From Pirellula staleyi DSM 6068 (lineage in GTDB: Bacteria > Planctomycetota > Planctomycetia > Pirellulales > Pirellulaceae), in NCBI GenBank assembly GCA_000025185.1, contig CP001848.1, positions 4,770,001 through 4,802,000 on the forward strand: a DNA stretch of 32,000 nt, written 5' to 3'. The notes beneath the pieces are model-generated. The model was not told where the DNA came from, made no database searches, and worked only from the letters and a program-made list of their open reading frames with translations. The position numbers and the translations under genes are program-made. Positions 8,695 through 16,779 of the stretch are shown piece by piece; the stretch's first letter is position 1; each line of letters starts with the position of its first letter.

Positions 8695-10503
8695 CTAGTC
8701 GAGTTGACGTTTCAGTGTGAAAGCACTGTAGTGCAACCCTGTTTCGTCACTCGTGGCCATGCCGCCACCGGGAGCGAGGTACTTGGAAATCGACGAGAAG
8801 GGAGGAATCGGATTCTCTTTCATGATTCCATCGACTCGCTTGAAGAATGGATTTTCGTTTTCCAGTCCACGATCGATGCGCGACTTCACAGCATCGCCGG
8901 TTGCCAGATCGTAGAGCATTCGCATCGATTCCTCGGGACGCGAAAACTGTAGCATTCCTGGTGCATTCCCACCATTTTGTCGCTTCACCTTGCTGGCGAT
9001 CAACTTGAAATCGGGCTGATCAGCGAGTCCTCTCGCAGGGTCAGTCGTGGCGAGTAGCGATGCTTCCAAAGCCTCGACGCTATCACAAATTAGCAAGTAA
9101 TCGCCCACGATTGCAAAGCAAGGGGTCGGTTGACGCGTGATGCGAGGACGCGGAGTGTCTCCCTCAGCTGGTGGCTGCTGGGGCGCTGGCCCTGGAATAA
9201 CGTGATAGGTGACACCTGCCATCGTTTTCTTTTCGAGGCGATCGGCAAACTTCTCGACGATCTTATTATGCACGTCCAAGAAGGAATTGGCGTCTTTCAA
9301 TTTCAATCCGACCATAATGCACTGACCATTAATGGTGGCTGGCTTTTGAATCCAGTTGGCAATAGAAATTCGACCATCCAGTGCTGGCACAATCTCTTTT
9401 TCAACATCGACACCGATACGATCGCTCAGACGAACCTTTACTTCGCGCTGGAACTCCCCCTCTTCCATGATGCTGTTATAAAGTTCTGCAGCAACCGAGT
9501 AGCTCTCTTGTACGTTCCAGTGGAGCGTGGTGTAGGCCGAAGACTCCGCGGGAACCCATGGCTCGGGCGTGGTGTCGCCAGCGCCGAAGGCGAGAACTTT
9601 CACGATCCCAGCGCGTGGCTCTTCGATCAGGATGTGGTAGTGAGCCACTTGGTCGAATTCACCCGTCGAGAAGGTGAGGCTGCCTCCCACACCTTTCACA
9701 CCATCGACGCCGAGCACAGGAAACAGGGCAACAGCTGTCTGTACGGCAAAGTTTCCACGGGCCGTAGCACGAACGATTTCGATCGGATCGACAAAGAAAG
9801 TGAATTGCGGTGGATCGTCGCTCGATCCGGCACAGCGGCTCATGATGGAGTTGAACTGATCGTTTTCAGCAAGTGATTTGATCTCGCTACCGTCCCACAG
9901 GTCCAGGACCTGCTCGGAGAGTGCTTCGCTCGTGGTGAAGACCAGCGTCCCTTCTTTTTCGAAGTAGACGATCTTGCCGCCGTCGGGACCTGTAACAAGC
10001 GTTGCCTCGACACCGGCGATTTTCACCGTTTCGACGTCGCCACCTTCTTGCTTAACAAACGTCTCACCATCCTCGAGCAGTTTGATCGCTGTGGGCAAAC
10101 GTTCCTTAACATCCATCAACATCACAACGCCGGTCGGCTGATCTCGAGCACTCACAAACCCCACGGCGATTTCACCTTGGGGAAGAACAATCAGGTCGTC
10201 GAGCGGCACGCTGATGCGGTCTTCGAGTGTGTTCCAGGCTTCCTGAATAGCAGCATAAGTGCTGGATACCAGGGGCTTTACATCTTCGTCGCCGGCAATT
10301 CGCCCCAGTGCAGTTTCCTTGAATCGCTCGCGCAGAAGCGGAGCATCGGTGATTCGGGCAAATGCTAAGGTATGCGTGGGCAACAACTTAGGAGCGCTCG
10401 GACGTTCCGCAAAAGCGGCCCCAGCGAGTGTCAAAGCGATGGCCAGGCTCGAACCAGCCCAGCGATAAGTGCGTCCCCAAAGGGAAAAGAGCCGACGTTG
10501 CAC
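8695..10503 (-). CDS. Large secreted hypothetical protein (602 aa)
   Basis: Long ORF with coding-like composition. GTG at 10503 is preceded by ggaga 7 nt upstream. This start gives a clean signal peptide, MQRRLFSLWGRTYRWAGSSLAIALTLAGAAFA/ERP. The track start at 10629 is TTG. No family confidently recognised. Confidence 0.65.
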   Translation of the reverse strand: MQRRLFSLWGRTYRWAGSSLAIALTLAGAAFAERPSAPKLLPTHTLAFARITDAPLLRERFKETALGRIAGDEDVKPLVSSTYAAIQEAWNTLEDRISVPLDDLIVLPQGEIAVGFVSARDQPTGVVMLMDVKERLPTAIKLLEDGETFVKQEGGDVETVKIAGVEATLVTGPDGGKIVYFEKEGTLVFTTSEALSEQVLDLWDGSEIKSLAENDQFNSIMSRCAGSSDDPPQFTFFVDPIEIVRATARGNFAVQTAVALFPVLGVDGVKGVGGSLTFSTGEFDQVAHYHILIEEPRAGIVKVLAFGAGDTTPEPWVPAESSAYTTLHWNVQESYSVAAELYNSIMEEGEFQREVKVRLSDRIGVDVEKEIVPALDGRISIANWIQKPATINGQCIMVGLKLKDANSFLDVHNKIVEKFADRLEKKTMAGVTYHVIPGPAPQQPPAEGDTPRPRITRQPTPCFAIVGDYLLICDSVEALEASLLATTDPARGLADQPDFKLIASKVKRQNGGNAPGMLQFSRPEESMRMLYDLATGDAVKSRIDRGLENENPFFKRVDGIMKENPIPPFSSISKYLAPGGGMATSDETGLHYSAFTLKRQLD

Positions 10504-10809
10504 AGAAAAGTCTCCGGTTGCGAAGAAAAACTCGCCAGAAGTGCGGTCGGCAGCAATACCCAGCGGAGGGATCGTGGGTTTCATCCAGATAGCGACAATC
10601 TGCCGAAGGTCCGCACCTGCGCGTAGCAAGTTTCATTGCTCCGGGCATGCTTGCACCCCTACAATCGGTAGTAGGTTGAACTTGGTCGCTTGGTTAGTCG
10701 GCAGTGGACGATGACAAACCAGCGCTTGCTCATCCGCTGAGAGAAGTTCTAAACCGAGCCACCCGCTCGATTTACTTGGTATACGCTCTGTTTGCTGGAA
10801 GGTCCGAAG

Positions 10810-11562
10810 ATGAAGAACACGCTGCTGATCGCCGCTTTGGCCACAGGTTTGCTCGCTTTGAGCGTGAGCGAGTCGCAGGCCCAGTATGGAGCGAGCGGAA
10901 CTTCGAGCAGCAGCAGCGGGCTGTTTGGCAGTCGCACGCAGGGAAGCGGCATCTCTTCCCGAAGTGGAGGGGGCACTAGCAGCGGTGGCACCGGGGGCCT
11001 GGGTGACGCTGGAGCCGTGCAAGGTGACGAGCGCTATGTCCGCGGCAATCGCGACGCTGGTTCGTTCGTTGGCTCCGACTCGGCCGATACAGCACCAGTC
11101 GGCGTCTCGCAATCGAGTGGCGGACGTGGTGCTGCTGGCGGTGGCATTCAAAGCCTGTTCGGTGGCAGCGGCGGTTTTGCCGACTTCGCTCGCCAAAATG
11201 GATTCAATCCCAATCAAGGGGGCGGCAATCAATCGCGCACCCAGCTCCGCATTCCAATTCGCCTCGGCTTCACACCCGAGCCCACCAACATGGCCGGGTT
11301 TCAAACAAAGTTCGAAACGCGGCTGACACGCATCCCAGCACTCAAGCGTCTGGGACCTATCGATGTCGAGATGCTCGGCAACACAGCTATCCTGCGGGGA
11401 GTAGTGGCATCTGCTGAAGATCGCCAACTGGCTGAAGATTTGGCGATGATGGAACCGGAAGTGGCTGACGTTGATAACGAGTTGATCGTGGGTCCGGTGG
11501 AGTCCAAGGGCGAGGAACTCCCTGTCCCAGCGCCGAGCGACGACCCACTGTTGAAGAACTAA
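10810..11562 (+). CDS. Secreted Gly/Ser-rich protein with C-terminal BON domain
   Basis: Signal peptide MKNTLLIAALATGLLALSVSESQA, followed by ~150 aa of G/S-rich low complexity. The BON-like C-terminus reads IDVEMLGNTAILRGVVASAEDRQLAEDLAMMEPEVADVDNELIV. Confidence 0.75.
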   Translation: MKNTLLIAALATGLLALSVSESQAQYGASGTSSSSSGLFGSRTQGSGISSRSGGGTSSGGTGGLGDAGAVQGDERYVRGNRDAGSFVGSDSADTAPVGVSQSSGGRGAAGGGIQSLFGGSGGFADFARQNGFNPNQGGGNQSRTQLRIPIRLGFTPEPTNMAGFQTKFETRLTRIPALKRLGPIDVEMLGNTAILRGVVASAEDRQLAEDLAMMEPEVADVDNELIVGPVESKGEELPVPAPSDDPLLKN

Positions 11563-12505
11563 GTGGCGAACGATTCTCCGTAGGCACTTGTGGAGTCATT
11601 TCGACTGCCACATTCGCACCGGTGGGTGGCATCACTTGCTGCTGCTGAAATGCCGGAGCTGTTGCCAACGTTTGCGTCCGGACTTGGCCGGTTGGCGCTA
11701 CAGCCATACGCTCGGCCAGCGAACTGGGGACATGAATCGAAGTCGCCCGCAAGCTCTTGGGTGGCGTGCTGGAAACAGTCGTGGGATTGGTCGTGCCCAG
11801 CAGTTGCTCGTGCACCGATCGCGAGTCCCCCGGCAATTCGTGCGTTACATTCACAGCCCCCATCATTTGCGTCGGAACTTGCTCTTCGTACGAGATCTGC
11901 TTCACCGACGAATCGCTGTAAACCTTGGGCAGATTTGTCAATTGTGGGGTAGGTGGTTCCGACTGTTTTTCCTCAGAACCTGGTAGCAGGTTACGCGACT
12001 GCTGAGCCATCACCACCTTGCCACTGGAAGCGGTGAAAACTGGCACAAGACTGATCTGCTTACGAATGCCACCCACTTCATCCCACGGCACCCACACACT
12101 GTAACTGGGGCCCAAATCGGTCGGAGCAAAGTGGCTGCTGAATGTCTCCTGAGGAAACGCATAGCGACGATCGGGCGCCTGACTTGCCTTCTGCTCGGAT
12201 TGCGAATCGTCGTAAGCGTTCACCACCAACTGACCTTCGACGGCAATCGGATTGTTCATCTTTCCGTAGAAGTAAATCCGCCCACCAAAACCACGTGTCG
12301 GCTTTTTACCTGGCTCGCTATACATCGCTGGGGACCAGATCACGACCATTCGCTCGGGCGATTCAAACTTGCTCTCGGTCACCTCAGGTTCGGATTTCCA
12401 AAGCTTGAAATCCTTCTTCCACAACTCAGCCGGAGAGACACATCCGGTCGCAGCTGTCGTCACGAGGATCGCCAGTACCATCGCAATTTGAAAGTTCGTT
12501 TTCAT
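11387..12505 (-). CDS. Lipoprotein with folded N-terminal domain and long P/Q/S/T-rich tail, last gene of the secretion cluster
   Basis: ATG at 12505 gives MKTNFQIAMVLAILVTTAATGC, with lipobox A-T-G-C. It starts 75 nt downstream of the secretin stop on the same strand. The C-terminal ~200 aa is low complexity. Confidence 0.7.
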   Translation of the reverse strand: MKTNFQIAMVLAILVTTAATGCVSPAELWKKDFKLWKSEPEVTESKFESPERMVVIWSPAMYSEPGKKPTRGFGGRIYFYGKMNNPIAVEGQLVVNAYDDSQSEQKASQAPDRRYAFPQETFSSHFAPTDLGPSYSVWVPWDEVGGIRKQISLVPVFTASSGKVVMAQQSRNLLPGSEEKQSEPPTPQLTNLPKVYSDSSVKQISYEEQVPTQMMGAVNVTHELPGDSRSVHEQLLGTTNPTTVSSTPPKSLRATSIHVPSSLAERMAVAPTGQVRTQTLATAPAFQQQQVMPPTGANVAVEMTPQVPTENRSPLSSSTVGRRSALGQGVPRPWTPPDPRSTRYQRQPLPVPSSPNLQPVGDLQQMPLLPAG

Positions 12506-12580
12506 AGCCCACCTGGCTGCCACTTCTAGGAACATCGTGTTCTTGGCTTCACTGGTTCGACCGACAAGCAAATCAAACGC

Positions 12581-15500
12581 TTATCGATACATGCCACTTA
12601 CTGGCTGATAGGTCTGCTGCGGAATCGCTGGCTGAGGCGAGTATGGCGGAGCAGCTTGCGGCTGATACATCGGCCCCTGAACAGGTCGCTGCGGTTGCTG
12701 CGGCGGCACTTGATAGGCACCTTGCTGCGGAACAAAAGCTGCAGGAGCCACCATGTTCGCGCTGGGTCCGCCCGGAGGTGCCGCAAAATTCGCGGGCATC
12801 ACTGGCCCTTGTTGCTGCGGCATGGGCTGCGGCATCATCGGTTGATATTGGGGTGGATACTGCGGTCCTTGATACGGCACGCCACCAGCGGGCTGCACAT
12901 ACTGTGGCCGATTCATCTGGGGAGGCTGCATGGAGTTGCGAGCATCGATGCTCACCGGAGCCACTGGCTGAATTTGCTGAGGACGCAACACACTTGGAGG
13001 TTGCATCCCATTGTTCGGCCCTGGCGGAGGCGAGTTCTGGCCCATGGAAGGTGTCGCAGGCGTTGGTGCTTGTGGATCATAGACACCCGGTGGTGTCAGC
13101 TGAGGTGCACTGGGGTTATTGTCGGGGAAGATCAGCGGCGAAGCTTCCGAAGCAGGAGCTTGCGGCCCCGATCCGAGCAGCACATCGCCATGGATGTTCA
13201 CCACGTCGGCCATGCACCAACTCATCCGTTCCGATTCACGCATGTTCATCCATTCGATGTCTTCGTCGTTCTGCATGATGAATGGGGTGAGAATGATCAG
13301 CAGTTCGCGACGTTCGTCCGACACCGAATCGAAGCGGAACAAGCGACCAAGCACCGGGATATCCCCAAGGTATGGAACGCGGCGAGTCGACTCTTGTTGG
13401 TTCTTGGTAATCAAACCACCGATGATCACCGTTTGACCACTGCGAGCACTCACAGTCGTTTGGGCGGTGGCAATGCGAATTTGTGGCGAACGAATCACGT
13501 CGCCGTTGCTGTTGATCGAGATCGGAATACCTTCCGCTTCGGGACCAAGCTCCGACTTCTCCGCATCGATTTCCATCACGATCATTCCGTCGGGAGCCGT
13601 GCGTGGTGTCACGCCGAGGATAATACCGACGTTTTCTAGCACCGTATTGTTGATCGTGCCGTTGACGGTGAGTTGCGACGACGTGATGCGCGGCACGCGA
13701 GCACCGACTTGCACGAATGCAGGTTGGTTGTCGAGCGTTTGCACTTGCGGCCGGCTGATCACTTGCAGACGGCGCGACTGCTGGAGAGCTCGCACCAGCA
13801 CACTCACACTTTCGCTACTGGCCGAGAGGACAAGGCCGCCGTAACCGAGAGTTGGATCGGTGCGGCCAACCCCGAACGACGACAAACCTTGACCAGCGAC
13901 ACTTTCGCGAGTCGCCAGCGAGGTGGCATCGCTGTTGTTGCCGAGTGCAACGTTGTTGAACGGGAAACCGACGCTGCCGATACCACGATCGAACAGCAGC
14001 GAGTCTTGAATACCAAGCTCCACGCCGAGCTGCTCGACATCCGACAGCAGCACTTCAGCGATCATCACTTGGATGATCACCATCGGTGGCCGACGATCGA
14101 GATCTTCCACCACCTTCTTAATCTCGTCGAAGTAGCGTGGAGTCGCACTCACGATCAGGCTGTTGCTCACGATTTCAGGAACCACGATCACTTCACGCTC
14201 GAACTGTTCGAACTGCGTCGTGAGTTCGGCATTCTGCTGGCTCAAGTCGCGCTGATTCGTCAGCAGTTCGTTAATCGCTGTTGCCACATCCGCTGCTGGC
14301 GAGTTTCGCAGGCGATAGACCGTTGTCACTCGCTGACGAATATCTCCCTCATCGAGGCGCACCAAAATCTGATACACCACGTTGAGATCGCCCGTCGTGC
14401 CCGATGCCACGATGCTATTGGTACGCGTGTCGACCGAGAAACGGAGGGGAACCAGCGAACTATCTCCAGCACCGGTTGCCGTTTGCAGTCCGAACTGGCC
14501 TTGGTTCTGACCACCACCCTGTTGTTGCTGTCCGAAGAGGTTCTGCAAGGTCTCCGCCAGCGCGGTAGCGTCGCCATTTTCGATCGTGAAGACCTTGATT
14601 TGAGCTTCCGTGGCTGGCAAGGCATCCATCTGCTCAATCAGAGCCTGCATCAGCGGCATGCTTTGCGTTGGACCGGTGACGACAATCGAATTGCCACGTG
14701 GGTCGGCCGTGATTCGCATGTCGGACAAGATGCCCGACTCGAGTACACCGCGACCTTCACTATCGACTCGTAGTAGCTGCAGGTTGGTTGAGCGACGGGT
14801 GGCCGTGGCTGGCGTTTGTGCCCCTTGACCACTTTGCCCCTGTTGTTGCTGCTGTTGCCCTTGTTGCTGGCCAGCCCCTTGAATCTGACCGGTCACCGCT
14901 TCTTGCAGCACAGGGGCGAGCTCTTCAGCAACGGCATTCTTCAGCTTGAATATGCGCACTTCATTGGCACTCTCCGACGCTGCCACATCGAGCGTATCGA
15001 GCAGTTTTTGAACCTCGAGCAGATCCCGCTGGCTGGCCTGCACGATGAGACTGTTGGTGCGATACTCGGCGATCGTCAGGACGCGAGTCCCCAGGCCAGT
15101 CCGTGGATCGGTACCAAAACCGGGGCGATCGACAAAAAAGTTCCGGACCGTTCGTTCAGCATCAATCGACGACATGAACTTCAGTCGAAACACCTTCAGC
15201 TGCGATTCGGGCGAAACGGTTTGATCGAGTTTTTGGAGCAGTTCGACCACTGGTGGAATCGCTTCAGCGCGGCCGATGAGCATCAGAGCATTCGGCTTCA
15301 CCAAGGGAGTGATCGTGACTCGGCTCTGACGCGCCGAGAAGACCTGATCATAAATCGTGGCGACCAGGTCCGACAAAGCGCGACCGTCGACGTTCTTGAG
15401 CGTATAGATTTCGACAACCGGTTTGGTCTCTTCGCTCTGACGTTCGATTTCGTCGATGATTTTCAGAACACGTTCGACATCGGCCTTCTTACCACGCACC

Positions 15501-16525
15501 ACCATCACGTCGAGCCCTTCGAGGAACTCGATTTGCACGTCGCCAATTCGGCCGAGGCCGTCGTCGGCTGCAGCACCTTCTTCAGGAGCAGCTTCGCCGC
15601 CTGGAACGGCAGGGGGTGGAACAGCAGGACCTTCTGCCGGTGGAGCAGCGGGTGGTGCGGCACCACCATCGGCACCGGGCTGAAAGATCATGGTCATGAA
15701 TTCGCCGATGTGCTCGCGCTTACCTTCGGCTGTCGTCGGCATTCCTGCCGCTTTGATCAGCGAAATGGCGCGAGCTACGGTCATGGGGTCCGCTTTTTCG
15801 AGTGGCACAACAGCCGCCTGATCCCGCACGAGATCGCGTGGCCAATCAAGCACGCCAAGCAGTTTTTCCCAAGCGCGCCCTTGTCCCTTCGGAGCACTCA
15901 CCTGTACTTCACCCGCACGGCGATCGACTTTCAATCGAACTGGGGGGAGTTTTGGCGAGCGAAGTTCATATTCCGAGCTGTTGGTCGAGCTAGCCGTCGT
16001 GACCACGCGACGGGCTCCCAAACGTGTCAGAAGTTGTTCGAAGTCGCTGGCACCGGTGTTCCTGAGGCGATACGAAACCAGTTCCCCCATCGAACTGTCG
16101 ACGCTCTCTTGCGGCAGGGGGGTGATGCGCGTGGTCAGACCGTTCTCGCTGGCCTGCTGCTGTGTCAGGCGAATCGTCGCAGGAAGATCGGCTACCCAGC
16201 GTTCCACTTGTTTGTGGACATCGGTTGGAGCGACCAGCACGATTTGACGGGTGCGAGGATCGGCAGCGACACGGACGTCGGAACGCGAACGATAGTCGGC
16301 CTGCAGCTGATCGAGCGCCCATTGCAGATCGGCGCTGCCCACCGAATAGCCCTTCACCTGCACATCGGCAGGCTTGGACTGAGCCACAGGGGCCGCGGGT
16401 GTTGGCATCGGCACTTGAGCCGTCGCAGTCTGCCAGCATGCCAGAGCGGAAAGCATACCAACGGCAGCTACGCGCAGGCGAGAGTTGCGTTTCCAAGGAC
16501 TAGCGATGAGTCGCAGTGCGTTCAT
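12581..16525 (-). CDS. gspD: Secretin (GspD/PilQ family), 1314 aa, expanded
   Basis: Signal peptide from ATG 16525: MNALRLIASPWKRNSRLRVAAVGMLSALACWQTATAQ. At least five Secretin_N-type modules are visible (VEIYTLKNVDG.., LKVFRLKFMSS.., VRIFKLKNAVA.., IKVFTIENGDA.., TTVYRLRNSPA..). The secretin core reads LQVISRPQVQTLDNQPAFVQVG ... VPYLGDIPVLGRLFR ... ELLIILTPFIM. Confidence 0.92.
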   Translation of the reverse strand: MNALRLIASPWKRNSRLRVAAVGMLSALACWQTATAQVPMPTPAAPVAQSKPADVQVKGYSVGSADLQWALDQLQADYRSRSDVRVAADPRTRQIVLVAPTDVHKQVERWVADLPATIRLTQQQASENGLTTRITPLPQESVDSSMGELVSYRLRNTGASDFEQLLTRLGARRVVTTASSTNSSEYELRSPKLPPVRLKVDRRAGEVQVSAPKGQGRAWEKLLGVLDWPRDLVRDQAAVVPLEKADPMTVARAISLIKAAGMPTTAEGKREHIGEFMTMIFQPGADGGAAPPAAPPAEGPAVPPPAVPGGEAAPEEGAAADDGLGRIGDVQIEFLEGLDVMVVRGKKADVERVLKIIDEIERQSEETKPVVEIYTLKNVDGRALSDLVATIYDQVFSARQSRVTITPLVKPNALMLIGRAEAIPPVVELLQKLDQTVSPESQLKVFRLKFMSSIDAERTVRNFFVDRPGFGTDPRTGLGTRVLTIAEYRTNSLIVQASQRDLLEVQKLLDTLDVAASESANEVRIFKLKNAVAEELAPVLQEAVTGQIQGAGQQQGQQQQQQGQSGQGAQTPATATRRSTNLQLLRVDSEGRGVLESGILSDMRITADPRGNSIVVTGPTQSMPLMQALIEQMDALPATEAQIKVFTIENGDATALAETLQNLFGQQQQGGGQNQGQFGLQTATGAGDSSLVPLRFSVDTRTNSIVASGTTGDLNVVYQILVRLDEGDIRQRVTTVYRLRNSPAADVATAINELLTNQRDLSQQNAELTTQFEQFEREVIVVPEIVSNSLIVSATPRYFDEIKKVVEDLDRRPPMVIIQVMIAEVLLSDVEQLGVELGIQDSLLFDRGIGSVGFPFNNVALGNNSDATSLATRESVAGQGLSSFGVGRTDPTLGYGGLVLSASSESVSVLVRALQQSRRLQVISRPQVQTLDNQPAFVQVGARVPRITSSQLTVNGTINNTVLENVGIILGVTPRTAPDGMIVMEIDAEKSELGPEAEGIPISINSNGDVIRSPQIRIATAQTTVSARSGQTVIIGGLITKNQQESTRRVPYLGDIPVLGRLFRFDSVSDERRELLIILTPFIMQNDEDIEWMNMRESERMSWCMADVVNIHGDVLLGSGPQAPASEASPLIFPDNNPSAPQLTPPGVYDPQAPTPATPSMGQNSPPPGPNNGMQPPSVLRPQQIQPVAPVSIDARNSMQPPQMNRPQYVQPAGGVPYQGPQYPPQYQPMMPQPMPQQQGPVMPANFAAPPGGPSANMVAPAAFVPQQGAYQVPPQQPQRPVQGPMYQPQAAPPYSPQPAIPQQTYQPVSGMYR
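12584..13168 (-). repeat. Low-complexity coding region: ~195-aa Pro/Gln-rich C-terminal tail of the secretin
   Basis: The translation is dominated by P and Q with recurring Y/M/G/A, e.g. PQYPPQYQPMMPQPMPQQQGPVMP and QVPPQQPQRPVQGPMYQPQAAPPYSPQPAIPQQTYQP. Confidence 0.85.
14818..14880 (-). repeat. Poly-Gln/Gly linker coding stretch inside the secretin (GAGQQQGQQQQQQGQSGQGAQ)
   Basis: Mixed CAA/CAG/GGN codon run seen directly. A second Q/G-rich linker (FGQQQQGGGQNQGQFG) lies near 14491-14536. Confidence 0.85.
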
Positions 16526-16665
16526 AACAAAGCTTTCCGAGTAGCAGACTTCGGCGCGCAGCAATCGAGGGGACCGCGCGTTAAGGTCGTCGTACACGGA
16601 ATAATCGGCAAAGTTTGCCAAAGAGATAAGCGGATGTGGCAACTTTGCTAGAAGATTCGACTCGT

Positions 16666-16694
16666 CGTAAACGCATGATAATGAAGCGTTTACG
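16666..16694. promoter_or_regulatory. Perfect 9-bp inverted repeat with AT-rich 11-nt spacer in the gap upstream of the secretin gene
   Basis: cgtaaacgc (16666-16674), atgataatgaa, gcgtttacg (16686-16694). It lies in the 254-nt non-coding gap between the GspM-like stop (16780) and the secretin ATG (16525). It could be an operator or an RNA hairpin; function unknown. Confidence 0.3.
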
Positions 16695-16779
16695 TTCCGA
16701 ATAGGCGTACACGCACAACGTGCACCGGGGGGCTAGAGGCCCTGAAAGCCCTCCAGCCTATCACCCTAGTCATCCCAAA

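Noticed and set aside
10633-11427. 264-aa minus-strand ORF opposite the BON-domain gene
   Set aside because: The plus-strand product has a proper signal peptide and a recognisable BON domain. The minus-strand translation has neither and would collide with the divergent promoter region.
14818-14880. Poly-Gln tract as a slipped-strand phase-variation or contingency locus
   Set aside because: The tract is a mixture of CAA/CAG/GGN codons, not a pure repeat unit. Any change would be in multiples of 3, so there is no basis for an on/off switch.
16526-16642. ORF-track N-terminal extensions: secretin from TTG 16642, hypothetical protein from TTG 10629, LTxxQ gene from 28754, GT39 from 31189, GspG from 24461
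   Set aside because: The extensions place 18-74 non-hydrophobic residues in front of clear signal peptides, prepilin leaders or first TM segments. Several use TTG or GTG. Downstream ATG/GTG codons with SD-like sequences (aaggag, aaggagg, aagga, ggaga) are better supported.
13673-16651. Long plus-strand ORFs (14816..16651, 611 aa; 13673..14773, 366 aa; 12656..13639, 327 aa) opposite the secretin gene
   Set aside because: They lie antisense to a gene with unambiguous secretin motifs. Their translations are Arg/His/Cys/Trp-biased with no recognisable domains. This is the typical stop-poor antisense frame of GC-rich coding DNA.
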